From Clostridia bacterium (lineage in GTDB: Bacteria > Bacillota > Clostridia > UBA1212), in contig JAZPZG010000077.1 of the NCBI GenBank assembly GCA_045544575.1, positions 1-43,803 of the forward strand: a DNA stretch of 43,803 bases. Direction: 5' to 3'. The notes below the pieces were generated by a model. The model was given only the letters and a program-made list of their open reading frames with translations. It did not search any database and had not been told where the DNA came from. Shown here in pieces: positions 1 through 9,084 of this stretch. Position numbers and translations under genes: made by a program. Within the stretch, counting starts at the first letter, position 1. Every line of letters begins with the position of its first letter.

Positions 1-195
1 TACCGGTTGTTCCACCAGGATCACCGCCGGGTAGCCGAGTTCGGATCGGATAAACGCTGAAAGCATCTAAGCGTGAAACCGGCCCCAAGATGAGATATCG
101 ATAGACCCCACAAAGACTATGTGGTAGATAGGTCAGGAGTGTAAGCATGGTAACATGTAAGCGGATTGATACTAATAGGTCGGAAGTTTGACCAA
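1..195 (+). rRNA. rrl: 23S rRNA, 3' end (partial)
   Basis: Conserved domain VI sequences GGATAAACGCTGAAAGCATCTAAGCGTGAAAC and GATACTAATAGGTCG...TTGACCAA. The 3' end is approximate. Confidence 0.96.
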
Positions 196-289
196 GAGTC
201 AAGAGAAAGAAACGTCAAAGGTAGAGTTAGAGGAGCATCTGAGTAGTTAGGAATGTTATTTGGTTTTGAGGGTTCGGGGATAGACGAAT

Positions 290-407
290 ATCCGGTGATA
301 ATGATGGAGAGGAAACACCTGTTCCCATGCCGAACACAGCAGTTAAGCTCTCAGATGCAGACGATAGTTAGTTGGAGACGACTTGTGAAAATATGTAGTT
401 GCCGGGT
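290..407 (+). rRNA. rrf: 5S rRNA
   Basis: ACACCTGTTCCCATGCCGAACACAGCAGTTAAGCTC core, terminal helix TCCGGTG/TGCCGGG, ~118 nt, ~95 nt after the 23S. Confidence 0.95.
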
Positions 408-415
408 ACTAATTG

Positions 416-443
416 AAGCGGACTCATTTGAGTCCGCTTTTTT
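416..443 (+). terminator. Intrinsic terminator of the rRNA operon
   Basis: AAGCGGACTC-ATTT-GAGTCCGCTT hairpin followed by a T-run. Confidence 0.9.
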
Positions 444-504
444 ATATTTTTTTTGCATATACATGTAAGTAAAAATATTAAAACAGTTGCGGGGAAAATT
501 TATT

Positions 505-708
505 ATGAATAAGCCGAAGCCGCTGCCGAAAGTTGTTTTGAAATTTATTGATGGGTCAGATTCCTTGGAAAACGAGGTTGAGGCAATACAGAGGTTGCTG
601 AAGTATTACATTAATATTGCCGACAAAAAAAACAATGAACTCCCCAAAATTCTACAAAACTTACTTTTATTCGATGGTCAAACGAAGTCGAACGAATCTT
701 TTGACTAA
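505..708 (+). CDS. Small hypothetical protein (67 aa)
   Basis: ATG at 505 after GCGGGG; ORF fills the gap between the rRNA terminator and the next promoter; no recognisable motif. Confidence 0.4.
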   Translation: MNKPKPLPKVVLKFIDGSDSLENEVEAIQRLLKYYINIADKKNNELPKILQNLLLFDGQTKSNESFD

Positions 709-722
709 ATATAGAAAATTAA

Positions 723-750
723 TTGAAAATTGTATAAATTATGATAGAAT
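723..750 (+). promoter_or_regulatory. Sigma-A promoter (extended -10)
   Basis: TTGAAA-16 bp-TAGAAT with TGn extension, upstream of RBS AAAGGAG and ATG 787. Confidence 0.65.
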
Positions 751-786
751 TAATAACGTAAAAATATTAAAGAAAGGAGCCGCATC

Positions 787-1788
787 ATGAAACAGTTTAA
801 AGAGACTAAGTACGTTTCGGGAAAAGATAATATTACTTTTTTTAGAAATATAAAAAAACGCCGTGTGTGGTTACCTTTTTTTATTTGTTTTCTTGTATTT
901 GTTTTTTTGGTGGTATCTGTTATTGTTGTTTTAAGAGACGGGAGCAGAGTGGTTCTGACCGAGGTTGTTGTCTCTCATTTACAAGTGCCCGAATCATTTA
1001 ACGGTTATAAAATTCTCCAGATTAGCGACCTCTTGGGCAAAGAGTTTGGGGACAGACAGAAAAAGATTAAGAAGTTACTTAAGGATGCGGAATATGATAT
1101 GGTTTTATTTACGGGTGATTTTTTTGAAAGCCCGGATGAAACCGACTTTTGGGCCGTACGCGACTTGATGGAATGTTTGCAAGAGGATGTACCTATTTAT
1201 TATATTGTCGGAGATAATGACTACATTCCTTCTAACGTTGATTCTGATAGTAACAGTTGGAAAATTTGTATTAATCCTGCCAAGAAAACCGAGTTTATGA
1301 AATTTTTTGAAAGTGAATACGGTGCGAAATTTGTTTATCCTGCGCAGAAAATCACTTCTGAAAGCGGTGAGTCTATTTACCTTACCGGTGTGAGCTATGA
1401 TAAAGACGTTTTGAACTCGATGGATTTTGACCAAGACGTAGATTTCAGTATTTGCATAACACATAAGCCGATTAATTATAATGTTACGCGAAGACTAAAG
1501 GATGTTAATAAAAGAACATTTACCGAAGTCGATTACGATTTGTCGATATCGGGACATACGTTGGGCGGTCAGTATAGAATTCCGGTTCTCGGCGCTGTGT
1601 ACACACCGGAGCTTGGTCTGTTTCCTGACGAGGACGATGTATATGGTCTCAGCAGTGACGGTAACGGCCGATTTAATTATATAAGCGGCGGATTGGGTGT
1701 TGAACACGGATTCAGGATGTTGAGTACCCCTGAAATTTCTTTGATAGAGCTTCAAAAGGCCGAGGCGGACGTTGAAGCGGATTCTTAA
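787..1788 (+). CDS. Membrane-anchored calcineurin-like metallophosphoesterase (YkuE-like), degenerate active site
   Basis: N-terminal TM helix; motifs LQISDLL, FTGDF, VGDND, THKP, SGHTLGGQ and PEI at family-typical spacing. Confidence 0.85.
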   Translation: MKQFKETKYVSGKDNITFFRNIKKRRVWLPFFICFLVFVFLVVSVIVVLRDGSRVVLTEVVVSHLQVPESFNGYKILQISDLLGKEFGDRQKKIKKLLKDAEYDMVLFTGDFFESPDETDFWAVRDLMECLQEDVPIYYIVGDNDYIPSNVDSDSNSWKICINPAKKTEFMKFFESEYGAKFVYPAQKITSESGESIYLTGVSYDKDVLNSMDFDQDVDFSICITHKPINYNVTRRLKDVNKRTFTEVDYDLSISGHTLGGQYRIPVLGAVYTPELGLFPDEDDVYGLSSDGNGRFNYISGGLGVEHGFRMLSTPEISLIELQKAEADVEADS

Positions 1789-1828
1789 TCATATATTGTA
1801 AAATATTTTATTGTGGAGGACTTTTATT

Positions 1829-2773
1829 ATGGCAAAAAAATATAATGTCGGAATTATCGGATACACCGGAATGGTTGGACAAGAGCTTACAAGAATTTTT
1901 GAAGATGGCGCTTATGGCGTTCTTTCTCGCGAAGAAGCAGACGTTACCATTTCTTACAGAAGAAATTCAAGCGGAGAAGAAGGTGTGCTTGCAGACTGCG
2001 ACGTGGTTTTTCTTGCTACTAAGGATCAAGCCTCTTTAGACAGCGTTCAAGAGTGCCTTGACAGCGGTTGCAAGGTCATCGATATGAGCGGTGCTTTTCG
2101 TTTAGACAAGGAAAAGTTTGAAAAGTGGTATAAAATAGAGCATACTCAGCCGGAATTGCTTAAAGAAGCAGTATACGGCATGCCTGCTATTAATAGGGAG
2201 AAAATTAAAACAGCGAGACTTATCGCAAATCCCGGATGCTATGCAACCTCTGTCATTATTGCACTGTATCCTATTAAGGACCTTGTTGAAGGGGAAGCTA
2301 CTGTTGTAGCTACTTCCGGAAATTCCGGAGCAAGAAAGTCGATAGAGGATGTTTCCGATGATTGGGCGTATTCCTACGGACATAAGCATAAGCACGTTCC
2401 CGAGATGGCGCTGTATTCAGGAGTAGAGGTCAATTTTACCCCTGTAGTTCTCAGATCTGTTTTCAAGGGGATTAATGCAAACATCAGGGTAAAATTGTGT
2501 GAGAAACTTGCTTGCTTGTCTGATGAAGAGGCAAGAGTTATTCTTGAAGACAGGATAAAGAATGCGTACGGACCTCTTGATTTGGTATCCGTCGTACGGG
2601 ACAATGCTGAAAAGTCATTCGGCACGCGTGCTGTTAACGATACGAATGCCGTAAACATTAAGGTTAACGTTGAGGATGGCTATGCTTATATTAATTCTTG
2701 TCTTGATAACCTCGGCAAGGGTGCGGCATCACAAGCTGTACAAAATTTTAAGATTATGTGCGGAATAGAGTAA
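1829..2773 (+). CDS. argC: N-acetyl-gamma-glutamyl-phosphate reductase
   Basis: GYTGMVG Rossmann motif, VIDMSGAFRL, IANPGCY catalytic Cys, DNLGKGAASQAVQN; GGAGGA RBS before ATG 1829. Confidence 0.92.
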   Translation: MAKKYNVGIIGYTGMVGQELTRIFEDGAYGVLSREEADVTISYRRNSSGEEGVLADCDVVFLATKDQASLDSVQECLDSGCKVIDMSGAFRLDKEKFEKWYKIEHTQPELLKEAVYGMPAINREKIKTARLIANPGCYATSVIIALYPIKDLVEGEATVVATSGNSGARKSIEDVSDDWAYSYGHKHKHVPEMALYSGVEVNFTPVVLRSVFKGINANIRVKLCEKLACLSDEEARVILEDRIKNAYGPLDLVSVVRDNAEKSFGTRAVNDTNAVNIKVNVEDGYAYINSCLDNLGKGAASQAVQNFKIMCGIE

Positions 2774-2783
2774 GGGGTTTATA

Positions 2784-4280
2784 ATGAATTTAACCAGGAA
2801 GCAAATTAAAAAAATATTAATAATCGGAAGCATTGCTATGTTTGCGGCGGCAGTCATTTTTGTGATTGTGCTTCTCGCTTTGGGTTTTTCGGGAAAATTG
2901 GCATCCAATGATAGTGGAAAACCGAATACTAACGATGGACAGCTCTCAGCACCCTCCGCAACCGCGCCGCAAAATACTGATATTCCTACTGAGGAACCTA
3001 CGGCAGAGCCGATTACATATAAAGAAATTAGCTTGCTTTCGGTTGGCGACCTTATGCTTTATGCAGGACAGGTGGACAGTGCCAAGGCATATGGCGGAGG
3101 AAACTATGACTTTTCGGAATCGTTTAAGTATATAAAGGATATTGTAGAGGCACATGACTATTCTGTAATAAACTTTGAAGCTACGGTGACCGAAGGAAAT
3201 TACAAATACTATCCTACTTTCAGAGTTCCTACTGCTATTTTGGATTACGTAAAGTCTACAGGATTTGATAACGTACTTTTTGCAAATAATCATACGTATG
3301 ATAACGGCAGACAAGGTCTTTTAGGAACACAGCAGGCTTTTGCAGAACGAGGATTGTCTTGGATTGGAACAAGACTTGACACTGATTCAAAGAGCTATAT
3401 GATTACGGATGTTGACGGTATAAAGCTCGGCATGCTTAATTACAGCTATGAAGCACCGCCGGAGGCAGAAAAGTATTCAGAAACTGAAGCATTCTTAAAC
3501 GGAATCAGACTTGAAAAATATTGTCCTTCCTGTGCGGAGTGCGTACAGACTTCCCAAATTAATTCAAACGGCGAACATACCGAGTGCGGAGCAAAAGTTA
3601 TTTTCAGCAAAGATTTGGTTGATTCATTTAATCCGAATCTGTTGGATTCATTTTACTCTGAGCTTGAGGACAGAATTGCCGAGCTTAAACAAAACGGTGC
3701 GGATTTGATTGTTGTGTATTTGCACTGGGGAAATGAATACGAGCATTCTGCGAATTCGCAACAGAAAGAGATTGCCCGAAAGCTTTGCGACATGGGTGTT
3801 GATTTGCTTGTAGGCTCACATCCTCACGTGGTTCAGCCTACGGATTTATACGTATCGTCAGACGGCACTCATAAAATGCTTTGCTACTATTCTGTGGGAA
3901 ATTTTATTTCCGGTCAAAACAGGGACGTAGTGGGGAATGATGCTAAAGAAAAATATACATACACCGAAAACGGTCTTATCGCAAGCGTTACAATAAGAAA
4001 ATACAGTACAGGCGAGACTCTGATAAGTCATGCCGACTATACGGCTACGTGGATGCACCGTCACAGCGTAAACGGCAGAATTGTTTTTAACGTGGTCCCT
4101 CTTGCAGCTGCACTTGCAAACGAAGAGTCAAAGAGCACGTATGGCCTTTTAGAAAGCAGTTTCGGAGTATCACGTGCAACGGCAGCGTATGAATACGTCA
4201 CAGGACTTGTAAGCCCGGGCATTGATTCATATAACAGCGCAGTTGTGTTGCCTTATACGGAAGCGGAGGAGCAAAAATGA
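2784..4280 (+). CDS. CapA/PGA_cap family metallophosphatase-fold protein, membrane-anchored
   Basis: N-terminal TM, P/T linker, motifs VGDLM, NFE, ANNHTYD, HWGNEY, GSHPHVVQ, YSVGNF. Confidence 0.9.
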   Translation: MNLTRKQIKKILIIGSIAMFAAAVIFVIVLLALGFSGKLASNDSGKPNTNDGQLSAPSATAPQNTDIPTEEPTAEPITYKEISLLSVGDLMLYAGQVDSAKAYGGGNYDFSESFKYIKDIVEAHDYSVINFEATVTEGNYKYYPTFRVPTAILDYVKSTGFDNVLFANNHTYDNGRQGLLGTQQAFAERGLSWIGTRLDTDSKSYMITDVDGIKLGMLNYSYEAPPEAEKYSETEAFLNGIRLEKYCPSCAECVQTSQINSNGEHTECGAKVIFSKDLVDSFNPNLLDSFYSELEDRIAELKQNGADLIVVYLHWGNEYEHSANSQQKEIARKLCDMGVDLLVGSHPHVVQPTDLYVSSDGTHKMLCYYSVGNFISGQNRDVVGNDAKEKYTYTENGLIASVTIRKYSTGETLISHADYTATWMHRHSVNGRIVFNVVPLAAALANEESKSTYGLLESSFGVSRATAAYEYVTGLVSPGIDSYNSAVVLPYTEAEEQK

Positions 4281-5053
4281 AAATGACGAAAAACTACCAT
4301 TCTCACACGTTTAGATGCGGACATGCAACGGGAACTGAAAGAGAGTATGTTGAAGCTGCTCTTTCCTTAGGCTTTGATGAATTTGGATTTTCAGACCATG
4401 CGCCGTATATCTTTCCTGCAGAAGTAAATTATTATTCCGGCTACAGAATGCCTAAAGATTACGCAGAAGATTATGTAGAAACTATTAATGCAATAAAAGA
4501 CGAATATAAAGACAGAATTAAAATACACTTGGGTTATGAGCTTGAATATTATCCGTCCTGCTTTGATGAAACCTACAGGTTTTTAGAGCGTCTGGGCTTT
4601 GAGTATTTGATTTTGGGACAGCACTTTACCTTTAATGAATATGACGGAGTATACAGCTACAATGCCACGGATGATGTTATGCAGTTTAAGAATTATACGG
4701 ACAGTGTGATTGAAGCAATAAAGACCGGTAAGTTCATTTATATTGCACATCCCGACCTTTTCCGTTTTACGGGTGATGCTTCTTTTTATGAAGAAGAAGT
4801 GCAGAGACTTTGCGAGGCTGCTGTAAAATACGACATGCCGTTAGAGATTAATTTGCTTGGCATCAGAGATAACCGCGCGTACCCCAATGAAGCTTTTTGG
4901 AATGTTGCGGGTAAGGTTCCCGGTGTAAAAGCCATTCTCGGAACGGATGCACATTCCGTTAATTGCGTGCTAAATACAGACTGCATTAAGATGGGCTTTG
5001 AAATTGCACAACGTCACGGAATTGAACTGATAGAAAAGCCGAAAGGAATTTAA
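4277..5053 (+). CDS. PHP-family histidinol-phosphatase-like phosphatase (HisJ/HisK type)
   Basis: NYHSHTFRCGHA, FSDH, AHPD, EIN and GTDAH metal-binding motifs. Confidence 0.88.
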   Translation: MKMTKNYHSHTFRCGHATGTEREYVEAALSLGFDEFGFSDHAPYIFPAEVNYYSGYRMPKDYAEDYVETINAIKDEYKDRIKIHLGYELEYYPSCFDETYRFLERLGFEYLILGQHFTFNEYDGVYSYNATDDVMQFKNYTDSVIEAIKTGKFIYIAHPDLFRFTGDASFYEEEVQRLCEAAVKYDMPLEINLLGIRDNRAYPNEAFWNVAGKVPGVKAILGTDAHSVNCVLNTDCIKMGFEIAQRHGIELIEKPKGI

Positions 5054-5076
5054 TATGTAAAATGCATTAGACTAAG

Positions 5077-5113
5077 TACCGAGCAGAAATGATTGAGTTC
5101 TGCTCGGTGTTTT
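5077..5113. terminator. Probable bidirectional terminator between convergent genes
   Basis: ACCGAGCAGAA...TTCTGCTCGGT 11-bp stem followed by GTTTT. Confidence 0.75.
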
Positions 5114-5115
5114 AG

Positions 5116-5574
5116 TTATATAAACTTTCGGAGTCTTACGCTAAGCTCGTCTTCTATTCGTATTATGTTACCGGCGAGGTTTTTGGAACGCTTGTCTGCC
5201 TTGTCATATTCGTTTACATAACGAGTAAGTGTGCGGGAGCCCATATCGCAGCCTTCTGCCATAAGCTCGGCAACTTTGGTATCGGCATCGTTAAACGTAA
5301 GCTCTGCATTTACTTTTATACGGGACATTGTTTGCGCCATAACTGTGGAAAATGCGTGGTGTTCAAGTTCTTCCGGATTGCCGTCGGCACATTCCTTCAT
5401 GTGCTCTTGAACCTCGTCTCGTAAAAGCTCGTGTTCAGCCTTGTATTTGTTGAGCAAATCTTTAAGGTCGGGGCTGTGGGCGTATTTTAAAGCGTCGTCA
5501 ATGGATTGTACGCCTGTTTCGATTCCTGAGCTGCATTGTCTCAGAAGCTTTATGGTGTCGCTTTTTTCGGGCAT
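5116..5574 (-). CDS. Conserved clostridial four-helix (ferritin-like/DUF2383-like) hypothetical protein
   Basis: AAAGGAGG RBS; helical 152-aa protein with DTIKLL...C.SG and AELMAEGCDMG segments. Confidence 0.7.
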   Translation of the reverse strand: MPEKSDTIKLLRQCSSGIETGVQSIDDALKYAHSPDLKDLLNKYKAEHELLRDEVQEHMKECADGNPEELEHHAFSTVMAQTMSRIKVNAELTFNDADTKVAELMAEGCDMGSRTLTRYVNEYDKADKRSKNLAGNIIRIEDELSVRLRKFI

Positions 5575-5661
5575 TGTGATGCCTCCTTTGATAAATTAAT
5601 ACTTGCCGTATAGGCTAATATTAGTATAGACAAAAACAGGGAAATATATTTTATTATTGTT

Positions 5662-5690
5662 TTGACATTTTTTTATAAGGAGAGTACAAT
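5662..5690 (+). promoter_or_regulatory. Sigma-A promoter of the V-type ATPase operon
   Basis: TTGACA-17 bp-TACAAT. Confidence 0.85.
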
Positions 5691-5722
5691 ATTAACTGAT
5701 TATGAAAGAGGAGGTTTTGGCC

Positions 5723-6037
5723 TTGGATGCGATTATCTCTAAGATTTTGGAAATAGAAACACGTGCGTGTGAGATAGTACGGGAAGCAGAGGAGAGAAAA
5801 CTTGATATTGCCGGTATTATCGAGGACGAAAAGCAAGTCTTGTTGCAGTCAAGCATGCAGCAGACCGAGCAAAAAATAGAAGCAGAGCATTTGAAAATAA
5901 TTAAGGACGCCGAAGCAGAAGCAAAGCAATATGCGGTGCGTGCCGAGGAGAAAATTGCAGTGATGAACGGATACAGAGAGAGCCATTTGGAGGAATGGGT
6001 GAAAACCCTGTATGAAAGGATAGTTGGCTCTCATTAA
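5723..6037 (+). CDS. V/A-type ATPase peripheral stalk subunit G/H
   Basis: GGAGG RBS before TTG 5723; charged coiled coil (MDAIISKILEIE...); first gene of the ATPase operon. Confidence 0.75.
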   Translation: MDAIISKILEIETRACEIVREAEERKLDIAGIIEDEKQVLLQSSMQQTEQKIEAEHLKIIKDAEAEAKQYAVRAEEKIAVMNGYRESHLEEWVKTLYERIVGSH

Positions 6038-6068
6038 TTATACGTATTGTCATCGGGAGGTGATTTTC

Positions 6069-7121
6069 TTGGGTTCTGTTGTAAAGTACAGCGCAGTAAT
6101 TACAAAGCTGAGAGCTATGTACAGCAGATTGCTGAGCTACGAAGATTACATGGCACTCTCCTCCATGTCGAGCGTAGGAGAGGTTATACATTACCTCAAG
6201 GGATGCCCCGGCTATTCGGATTTGTTGAGTAATATCAACGAAGCTACGACACACAGAGGAAGCTTAGAGCATATTTTCAGCGGAAACATCATACATGATG
6301 CAAAAAAGCTGTCTTCGATGCTGGGTCAAAAAGAAAAAAAGGTACTGAATATATTTTTATTGAAATATGAAATAGACGTTATAAAGAGAATAGTACAGCA
6401 CGTTTGCAGCGGCAGAGAAAAAGATACGGCACTGTCTGCAGATATTGCATCGGAGAGTGTTATCATCACAAAAGGTCTTAAAACAGAAAGGTGCTTTGCC
6501 GCAACCGACCTTAAGGAGCTTGCGGACGCATTATCGGGGACGGACTATGCAGATGTAATTTCCGAATTTGTGCATGCTGATTCAGTAACCGCTGCCGATA
6601 TAGGAACTGCTTTGGATGATTATTATTTCAGGCGTCTGCAAAACGGTGTACGCAGTTACTTATCAGGTTCTGACAGGGCGACGTCGCAGGCTTTTTTATC
6701 CGCAGAGATTGATGTTTTTAATATAATGTGGATATACCGATATAAGAAGTATTACGATATGACTCCTGAGGAAATTGTCAACCGCATAATTCCCGAAAAG
6801 AAAAAAACAAGCCGCGAAAAACTGGTTGAGCTTGCAGGCTGTGACATAAGTGAATATAAAAACATTGTCAGCAGCTCAAAATACGGAAATATCTTTGAAG
6901 ACTCAGCTGATAAGGATTGGGACAAAAGGTTTGCGGCATATTTGCATAAAATGTACCACAGGCAGCTGCGTAATGATTCGTATAGCTTCAATACGGTGCT
7001 TGCATATCTTCATCTTAAAGAAATGGATATAAATAATATTATAACTGTTGTAGAGGGCGTCAGGTACGGCGTAGGTGAAGATAAAATACGAAAATATATT
7101 AATATTGACATGAGGCGGTGA
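6069..7121 (+). CDS. ntpC: V/A-type ATPase subunit C
   Basis: KLRAMYSRLL, EIDVFNIMWIYRYK, YLHLKEMDINNIITVVEGVRY; GGAGGTG RBS before TTG 6069. Confidence 0.9.
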   Translation: MGSVVKYSAVITKLRAMYSRLLSYEDYMALSSMSSVGEVIHYLKGCPGYSDLLSNINEATTHRGSLEHIFSGNIIHDAKKLSSMLGQKEKKVLNIFLLKYEIDVIKRIVQHVCSGREKDTALSADIASESVIITKGLKTERCFAATDLKELADALSGTDYADVISEFVHADSVTAADIGTALDDYYFRRLQNGVRSYLSGSDRATSQAFLSAEIDVFNIMWIYRYKKYYDMTPEEIVNRIIPEKKKTSREKLVELAGCDISEYKNIVSSSKYGNIFEDSADKDWDKRFAAYLHKMYHRQLRNDSYSFNTVLAYLHLKEMDINNIITVVEGVRYGVGEDKIRKYINIDMRR

Positions 7122-7127
7122 ATAGTC

Positions 7128-9059
7128 TTGGCTATTGTCAAAATGAAACACGTAAACTTTGTTGGTAACAAAGGGTACGTAGAAGAATTTATAGAAAAGT
7201 ACGTTGATGCTGATTTCGGAATTCAGCCCGAGTATGCTATGAGTGTACTTGAAAACGTAAGAGGACTGCACTCATTTAAGGGAGTTAACTCTTATGAAGA
7301 GGCACTAAAAAGATGCACGGATATACTTTCGAATTTGAAAATTGATATACCCGCAGAGCTTCCGAATGTGAGTAAGGAAACAAAGGACGGCGGGACAGAG
7401 AAGGCAGAGGCTCTTTTTTCGGAGATTGAAGCTACCGTTGCAAAAGCGGAGAAGGAAAAAGAAGCCGTAGAGAATGAAATCACCCAAAGAAAACAGTTGC
7501 TTGGTCAGATATTGGATATGGGAGACCTTGACGCAGATCTTGAAAAGCTTTTTAAAATGAGATTTTTTAAGATTCGATTCGGGCGGCTTACAAAACGTAA
7601 TTTTGACAGACTGATGCTTTATGCGGCAAATCTTGAGACCGTGGTTATACATATAAGAACCGTGGGTGAGTATGAGCATCTGCTTTATATAATGCCTGAA
7701 GATGCTGAGGTAAGAGTTGACGGAGTGTTCAGCAGTTTGCAGTTTGAACGTATTTTTATTCCGGAGGGTCTTACGGGAACACCTAAAGATATTTGTGCGG
7801 CATTAAACGGAGAGATTAGTGAAAAATGTGCAAAATCTGCGGCGCTTGCGGCCTTTATATGCGGGGTGGCAGATAATTACCGCAAGAGACTTCTCGAGAT
7901 TTATTCATATCTCTCCGAACGCAGTGCTGTGTATGAAATAATGAAGTACGCTGCCTTTACAAAAGATTCCTTCAGAATTGTAGGTTGGATTCCCGAGGAA
8001 ACGTTTAACCGTATTTCATCTGTTATCGGCGAGGACCCTAACGTTGTGATTGTGGCAGACGAAGACGACAGTGTAAAGACCGTTCCGCCCACAAAGCTTA
8101 AAAATAATGCACTGTTCAGAACCTTTGAGCCTATAGTAAAAATGTACGGTTTACCGTCATATAACGAAATAGACCCTACGCCTGTAGTTGCGGTTATTTA
8201 TTGTCTGATGGTGGGCTTTATGTTCGGAGACGTTGGACAGGGACTGATATTTTTTCTTGCGGGACTTTTTCTTTTGAGAAAAAAATCGCCCCTTGCAGGA
8301 GTGTTTACGGGCGGAGGAATTACCGCGATGATTTTCGGATTTATGTACGGCAGTGTTTTTTCGAACGAACACTTGATAAAGCCGCTGTTTATGAATCCGA
8401 TGGAGGATGCAAACATCACTACAATGCTTATTATCGGTATTGCCTTCGGTGTTGTGATGATGCTTGCGGGAATGACTCTGAATATTATCAACGGTATAAA
8501 AGCAAAGGATTTCGGCCGTGTTTTACTTGACAGAAACGGTGTTGCCGGTCTTGTTTTCTACGGGGTGATAATCAGCGTGGTTGTTTCGCTGCTGCTCCTG
8601 GGAAAACCGTGGACTTCTGCCGCTGTTCTGGCGATTTGTATAATAATTCCGTTCTTGGTTATTTTCTTCAAGCACCCTATAGAAAATTTGATTAAGAAAA
8701 AACCGGCGATGCCCGACGGTGTATCCGGTTTCTTTATAGAAACGGTTTTTGAAATGATAGATATGCTTCTGAGCTTTGCCAGCAACACTATTTCGTTTGT
8801 GAGGCTAAGTGCATTTGCCATAAACCACGTGGGTCTTTCCATGGCCTTTAATATTTTAGCACAGATGTCATCAAGCCCCGTTGCACAGACCGTAATTATG
8901 GTCGTGGGAAATGCGGTGATTATCGTGCTCGAGGGTATGGTTGTAGGAATACAAGGCTTGCGACTTACTTACTATGAGCTGTTCAGCAGATTTTACAGCG
9001 GTGACGGCGTTCCGTATGAACCGATTGCTTCTGTAGAAGATAAAAATAAAAAAGATTGA
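7128..9059 (+). CDS. ntpI: V/A-type ATPase subunit I (a)
   Basis: PPTKLKN, YGLPSYNEIDPTP, MFGDVGQG, SNTISFVRL (essential Arg), LRLTYYELFSRFY. Confidence 0.95.
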   Translation: MAIVKMKHVNFVGNKGYVEEFIEKYVDADFGIQPEYAMSVLENVRGLHSFKGVNSYEEALKRCTDILSNLKIDIPAELPNVSKETKDGGTEKAEALFSEIEATVAKAEKEKEAVENEITQRKQLLGQILDMGDLDADLEKLFKMRFFKIRFGRLTKRNFDRLMLYAANLETVVIHIRTVGEYEHLLYIMPEDAEVRVDGVFSSLQFERIFIPEGLTGTPKDICAALNGEISEKCAKSAALAAFICGVADNYRKRLLEIYSYLSERSAVYEIMKYAAFTKDSFRIVGWIPEETFNRISSVIGEDPNVVIVADEDDSVKTVPPTKLKNNALFRTFEPIVKMYGLPSYNEIDPTPVVAVIYCLMVGFMFGDVGQGLIFFLAGLFLLRKKSPLAGVFTGGGITAMIFGFMYGSVFSNEHLIKPLFMNPMEDANITTMLIIGIAFGVVMMLAGMTLNIINGIKAKDFGRVLLDRNGVAGLVFYGVIISVVVSLLLLGKPWTSAAVLAICIIIPFLVIFFKHPIENLIKKKPAMPDGVSGFFIETVFEMIDMLLSFASNTISFVRLSAFAINHVGLSMAFNILAQMSSSPVAQTVIMVVGNAVIIVLEGMVVGIQGLRLTYYELFSRFYSGDGVPYEPIASVEDKNKKD

Positions 9060-9084
9060 TACATGATAAACAGGAGGTAAAATT

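Noticed and set aside
196-289. Possible tRNA in the 23S-5S spacer
   Set aside because: No T-loop (GTTCGA-type) arm with cloverleaf pairing could be built.
253-468. 71-aa ORF in the supplied track
   Set aside because: It overlaps the 5S rRNA and the rRNA terminator, so it is spurious.
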